DNA of 64,000 bases from Takakia lepidozioides. Its lineage: Eukaryota; Plantae; Bryophyta. Under the pieces are notes generated by a model. It ran no database searches, had not been told where the DNA came from, and saw nothing but the letters and a program-made list of their open reading frames with translations. The stretch is from positions 14,198,001 through 14,262,000 of the forward strand of contig CM060732.1 in assembly GCA_030704615.1 (NCBI GenBank). The letters are read 5' to 3'. Positions 60,300 through 64,000 of this stretch are shown here, piece after piece. Within the stretch, counting starts at the first letter, position 1. Each line of letters opens with the position of its first letter. Made by a program: the position numbers and the translations under genes.

Positions 60300-63200
60300 A
60301 ACCGGGCACAGTTTATTTGGAAGAAGAAAGGAAGGATGTTTCTGGACAGGTTGACGAGACCATTGTCGTGCTAGGTAACGATGGAGGTTGCGGAATCGAA
60401 TGGCACGTACCCCCATCAGACATCATCCTGTACCGAGCTGTGGGAATGCCCATTCCCTTTCCGAATCAGTCGCTGCCCACACCATCCACAAAGGAGTCCG
60501 GAAACCGACAGGCGGCCACTGCCAATAGAGAGGTATGCAACGATAATCATTCCCGACCTGGACCGTCAAGACCCTCCATAGCTTCTCGTGTGGAATTATT
60601 CGACATTTCCAACGAGGAAGATCAGTGCATTGAGGTCCCCATGTCCTCCACACGGTCGTTCAAATCCGACATGGACGTCTCTGCAGGTGCTACGTATGTA
60701 CCCTCGAGCATAACTCCAACCCGGTCCATTGTGCAGCTTCTACGGCAACATCACCTCGATGGTTCTCGCTCCGAGCTGGCTGCTCTCGACTATGCCAAAT
60801 TTCCAGTCAGGAAGGTAACGTATCTGCCTCCCGAAGTCGATGGCAATGTCATCTTCGAGTTTCCACCTGTTACTTCCTCAAACAAAGCCTCGGGGATGTT
60901 AACAGACATGGATCAAAAGCATGACGGACACCCCTGGTGTGTGACGAAGACCAGTAGCACGAAAATTGCTGATGGTGTTCGTGTACGATACGTCCTCTGT
61001 GCGGGGAAGCTGAGGTGCCTCAATCCTGCCTGCTTCCACTTTCTCTCCAAAGGAGGGCGGAGAAACAAGACGGATTGGACTAGCACAACCCATCATCCAT
61101 TCATTGTCTCCAGCCAAGCTCCTGCGGGTACTTTCAAGTGTGCACATTGCAAAGAACCACCGACGTGCATGTCCATGTGCAGAGCCAAGCAATATTACGT
61201 AATCCATTTGCTCCCGGACTTGACTAGAGCTTGCATACACGTTGGGGTCCACTACCACCCCTTGGCAAGAGGCAACATGCGTGAGGCTGTGCAGGAAGCA
61301 CACGACATCATAAAAGAGGAGGTGAAATTGAGCCCCGGAGCCAGACCAAAGCAGATTCAGCTGAAGGCAGCCCACAAGATTGCTCTTGGCAAAATCATAT
61401 CTGAAGATGGTTCAGACCGAGTGCCCTTGAACGAAGAGGAGATGCTTGACCTGTTGGAGTCTGTCTCGCACGTTTGTAGTCCGAATGTGCGGAATCACAT
61501 CGTATTTTGCAAGCAGGAGTTCGGCCGGGGGTCGGACATGCACTCAATCCTGGAGGTGAAACGAATGACTGGATATGACTACATCCAAGGTAGCAGGTAT
61601 CCAGGGCAAGGCAGTGAATCCGATCGTTGTTACATTTTTAAAATGTCGACGTGTGGGCCTGGGAGTGGAGTCGACTTGGTCACTCGCATGACAACTGGAA
61701 ACTTGTCAAATGCTTGGGTGATGTTTGATCACATCAAGCGAATTACAAACCATCAGTGATGACTCACTCCAAGAGGCTCATGACGATTGCAATCTGCGAG
61801 ATGAAAGGGGAGGACACACAGTTGGAGATGTATTTGTGGGAGGGCATAAACGAGCAGATGGCAAGGGCGGGATTGGCAGAGCCCAATTTCAGGGGATTCA
61901 TGGTAGACAACGCTCAGGCCAACTGGGCAGCGGTGCGGCGTGTGTACGGTGAGGACCCCAATGTTCCAATGGAGGGGAAAGAGAGATCCTGTGGATTCCA
62001 TTGGATGCAGAGTCTATCTCACTACACTACCAAATTTGTTGCTAGTTCATTCCAGGCTGAACACCGTGTCCTTTGTACGGCGTGGAAGGATGCACCCACA
62101 TTTGATGACGCGGAGGTTAAGTTTGCTATCATCGAGGCTTGGTGGAACACGTCAGGTGCAGTGGAGACAACCAATCTGGGAGCCTTGCACAGCTGGTTGG
62201 GGTGGTGGCATTTCCGGTATCGACAGTTCGGATAGTACATGCGAGAGGTATGATGCTGTCATTTTCGTGCAATTGTCTTTCTATTACGGACCTTTCCATT
62301 GGTCCCTCACCATTGTTTGTGTCCTTGTAGGAGCGTTGCTTGGAATCCGACATGGACATGCTGAACACGAATATGGCAGAATCAGTCCACTCCTCCTGGC
62401 GAGCGTCTTCTGCCGCACATCTGGTGGACGTAGTGACGGCCACAACGGAGGACATCGACCGAGCAATCATGCAGCAAGCCACGTACTATAAGTTCATGAG
62501 CGGGAAACAATGGGGCTTTGGGCCGGACAGGGAGGAATTGTTGGTACAAACAGCTTTGAGGTCGAAGAATCCACTGAAATGGGCGACAGCATTGCGAGAG
62601 AAGATCAAAAGGACGCCTCTGCACCGCAGAGGTGAACACCTAGAGGGGGACGTCCGTACTCGCTCTGTGAGGCGGAGGATTGAAGAGGAACCCGGGTGCG
62701 AAGAAGATTCCTGGAGATCGACAGGAACATTCGGACAGCACCTCAAGGTCCCGTCATGTTGCCGCACAATGTGTCTTCCAGCAGTGGAAGCCCAAGAAAT
62801 TCCAGATCGCCATCGCCTTCAAACGGGGATTCCGTGCGAGAAATTCCCACCGCTCGCTTGCCCCAGATTCCGCCCGCTGTTATGCCTCCCTGCTCCTACT
62901 TTTACAGGAAGATTTGTCCATGCAAAAGTTTGCGGAGGCGACAACCACCCAGTTTTGGTTCTGCAGGCACGACATACAAACAATGCCAGAGGCTCCCTCG
63001 GTGTGGCGGGTGGAACTTGGCTGCGATCTGAGTCAGGTTGAGGCCGACGCCCTTACCGCCGCAGGATTTTGGATGGTGCAGCGCACTGACGTCCCCAGAC
63101 AACCATTTCCACTTCCACAGCCTCCACCACCGACCCCTGTGAGAGCAAGAACAATGGGACACGACAGCTCTAAGCATCCTACACACCGTTGGGGGAAACC

Positions 63201-63570
63201 GAAGAGGCGGCGACCTCCCTCAAACGCGAACGAGACAATGATGGGGAATGCACTTCGGATGAACTGTACAATCCAGAGCTCGACAAAAGTGCCCCCACCA
63301 GGCTTCAGGCGTGTGTATCAGATGGCCACGGCAGGCTCAGCTGTTCGCAATGAGGTGTACACCATCACCATTTCAGAATTACCCACCTGCAATTGCACCG
63401 ACTTCCAGATCATGGCGAACAAGGGGGCATCATACTGCCCTTGCAAGCATCTGTACTACGTGTACCTAAAGAGACTCCGGTGTAATTCCACAACTCATCA
63501 CTTCATACATGCACCAGGGTTGAGCCCCCAAGAGGTGCGCACTCTTCTGAATATGGATCCAGGGGACTAG
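60300..63570 (+). pseudogene. GCM-DDE-SWIM transposase, inactivated copy
   Basis: ORFs 60317-61759, 61756-62235, 62340-63041 and 62680-63570. Deletion at ~61757, TAG at ~62233, intron 62248-62330. Confidence 0.85.
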
Positions 63571-64000
63571 TGAGCTTGGCTTGTGGTCCCCAACCATGGT
63601 ACGCCCATCCTTTTCGGAGTTTCAGTTGTAGTAGAACTGTACTGCTGCAAGTACCTCTGAGTCTGGCCACAGAAAGGTCGGACTTATGTCTTGCCTACCA
63701 GTAACCTGTTTTACTCAAACTAAGATAATACTATGTCATTCACTTCTGTTTCTACGTGCTTGTATTTTTGTTTGTTGGAGGGTTCCTATTTTTCTGCTTT
63801 GGTTCAATCGCGGCAGAAGGGTCAGCTTCATTCCAATGTTAAGGCATGTAAAACCGCGGAATACTCTATACAGGCCAGTATGCGACGTCATTTTGCCGTG
63901 GTATACTGGATTTCTCGTTGCACGGTCAATCATTTCCATGAGCAGATCTAAAAAACCATGAGCGGACTTGTTACTGATGACATATCTTCGCCACATTACA

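Larger units (their letters stand above)
53715..64000 (+). mobile_element. MULE-like element copy 4 (older, with stops and deletions; extends beyond the window)
   Basis: Same order as the other copies: ParB-like gene (-), array, transposase (+), subterminal region. Confidence 0.9.

Overview
Eukaryotic, almost entirely transposon-derived window with a 500-N gap at 28077-28576. It is probably from a non-seed land plant (inferred from a PLS-type PPR fragment, chromoviral Ty3/gypsy, CACTA and an algal/bryophyte-type LINE). No intact host gene is recognisable. The dominant element is a Mutator-like (MULE) DNA transposon, present as four close copies or fragments plus three diverged relatives. It carries (i) a transposase with a GCM-like zinc domain, DDE core and SWIM finger, (ii) a divergently oriented multi-exon gene for a ParB/Srx-like (DGNHR) protein, and (iii) between them a long array of 24-bp palindromes (CGGAAATGCGG-NN-CCGCATTTCCG) spaced at 53 bp, about 5 helical turns. 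The palindrome half-site resembles the GCM binding consensus. A second unusual item is an LTR retroelement with asymmetric LTR ends. Its 5' LTR runs straight into the PBS without the terminal TCACACTACA, while a perfect CACACTACA-TA-TGTAGTGTG palindrome follows the PPT. This fits integration from a 2-LTR circle. The same element carries a 1049-codon ORF with a captured PPR fragment, and its two halves appear separated by an inversion or misjoin. Other content: gypsy gag/pol fragments, a Galadriel-like chromovirus, a CACTA transposase, a LINE RT and a piggyBac fragment. Many frameshifts sit at homopolymers and may be consensus errors. All family calls are from motif recognition, not database searches.
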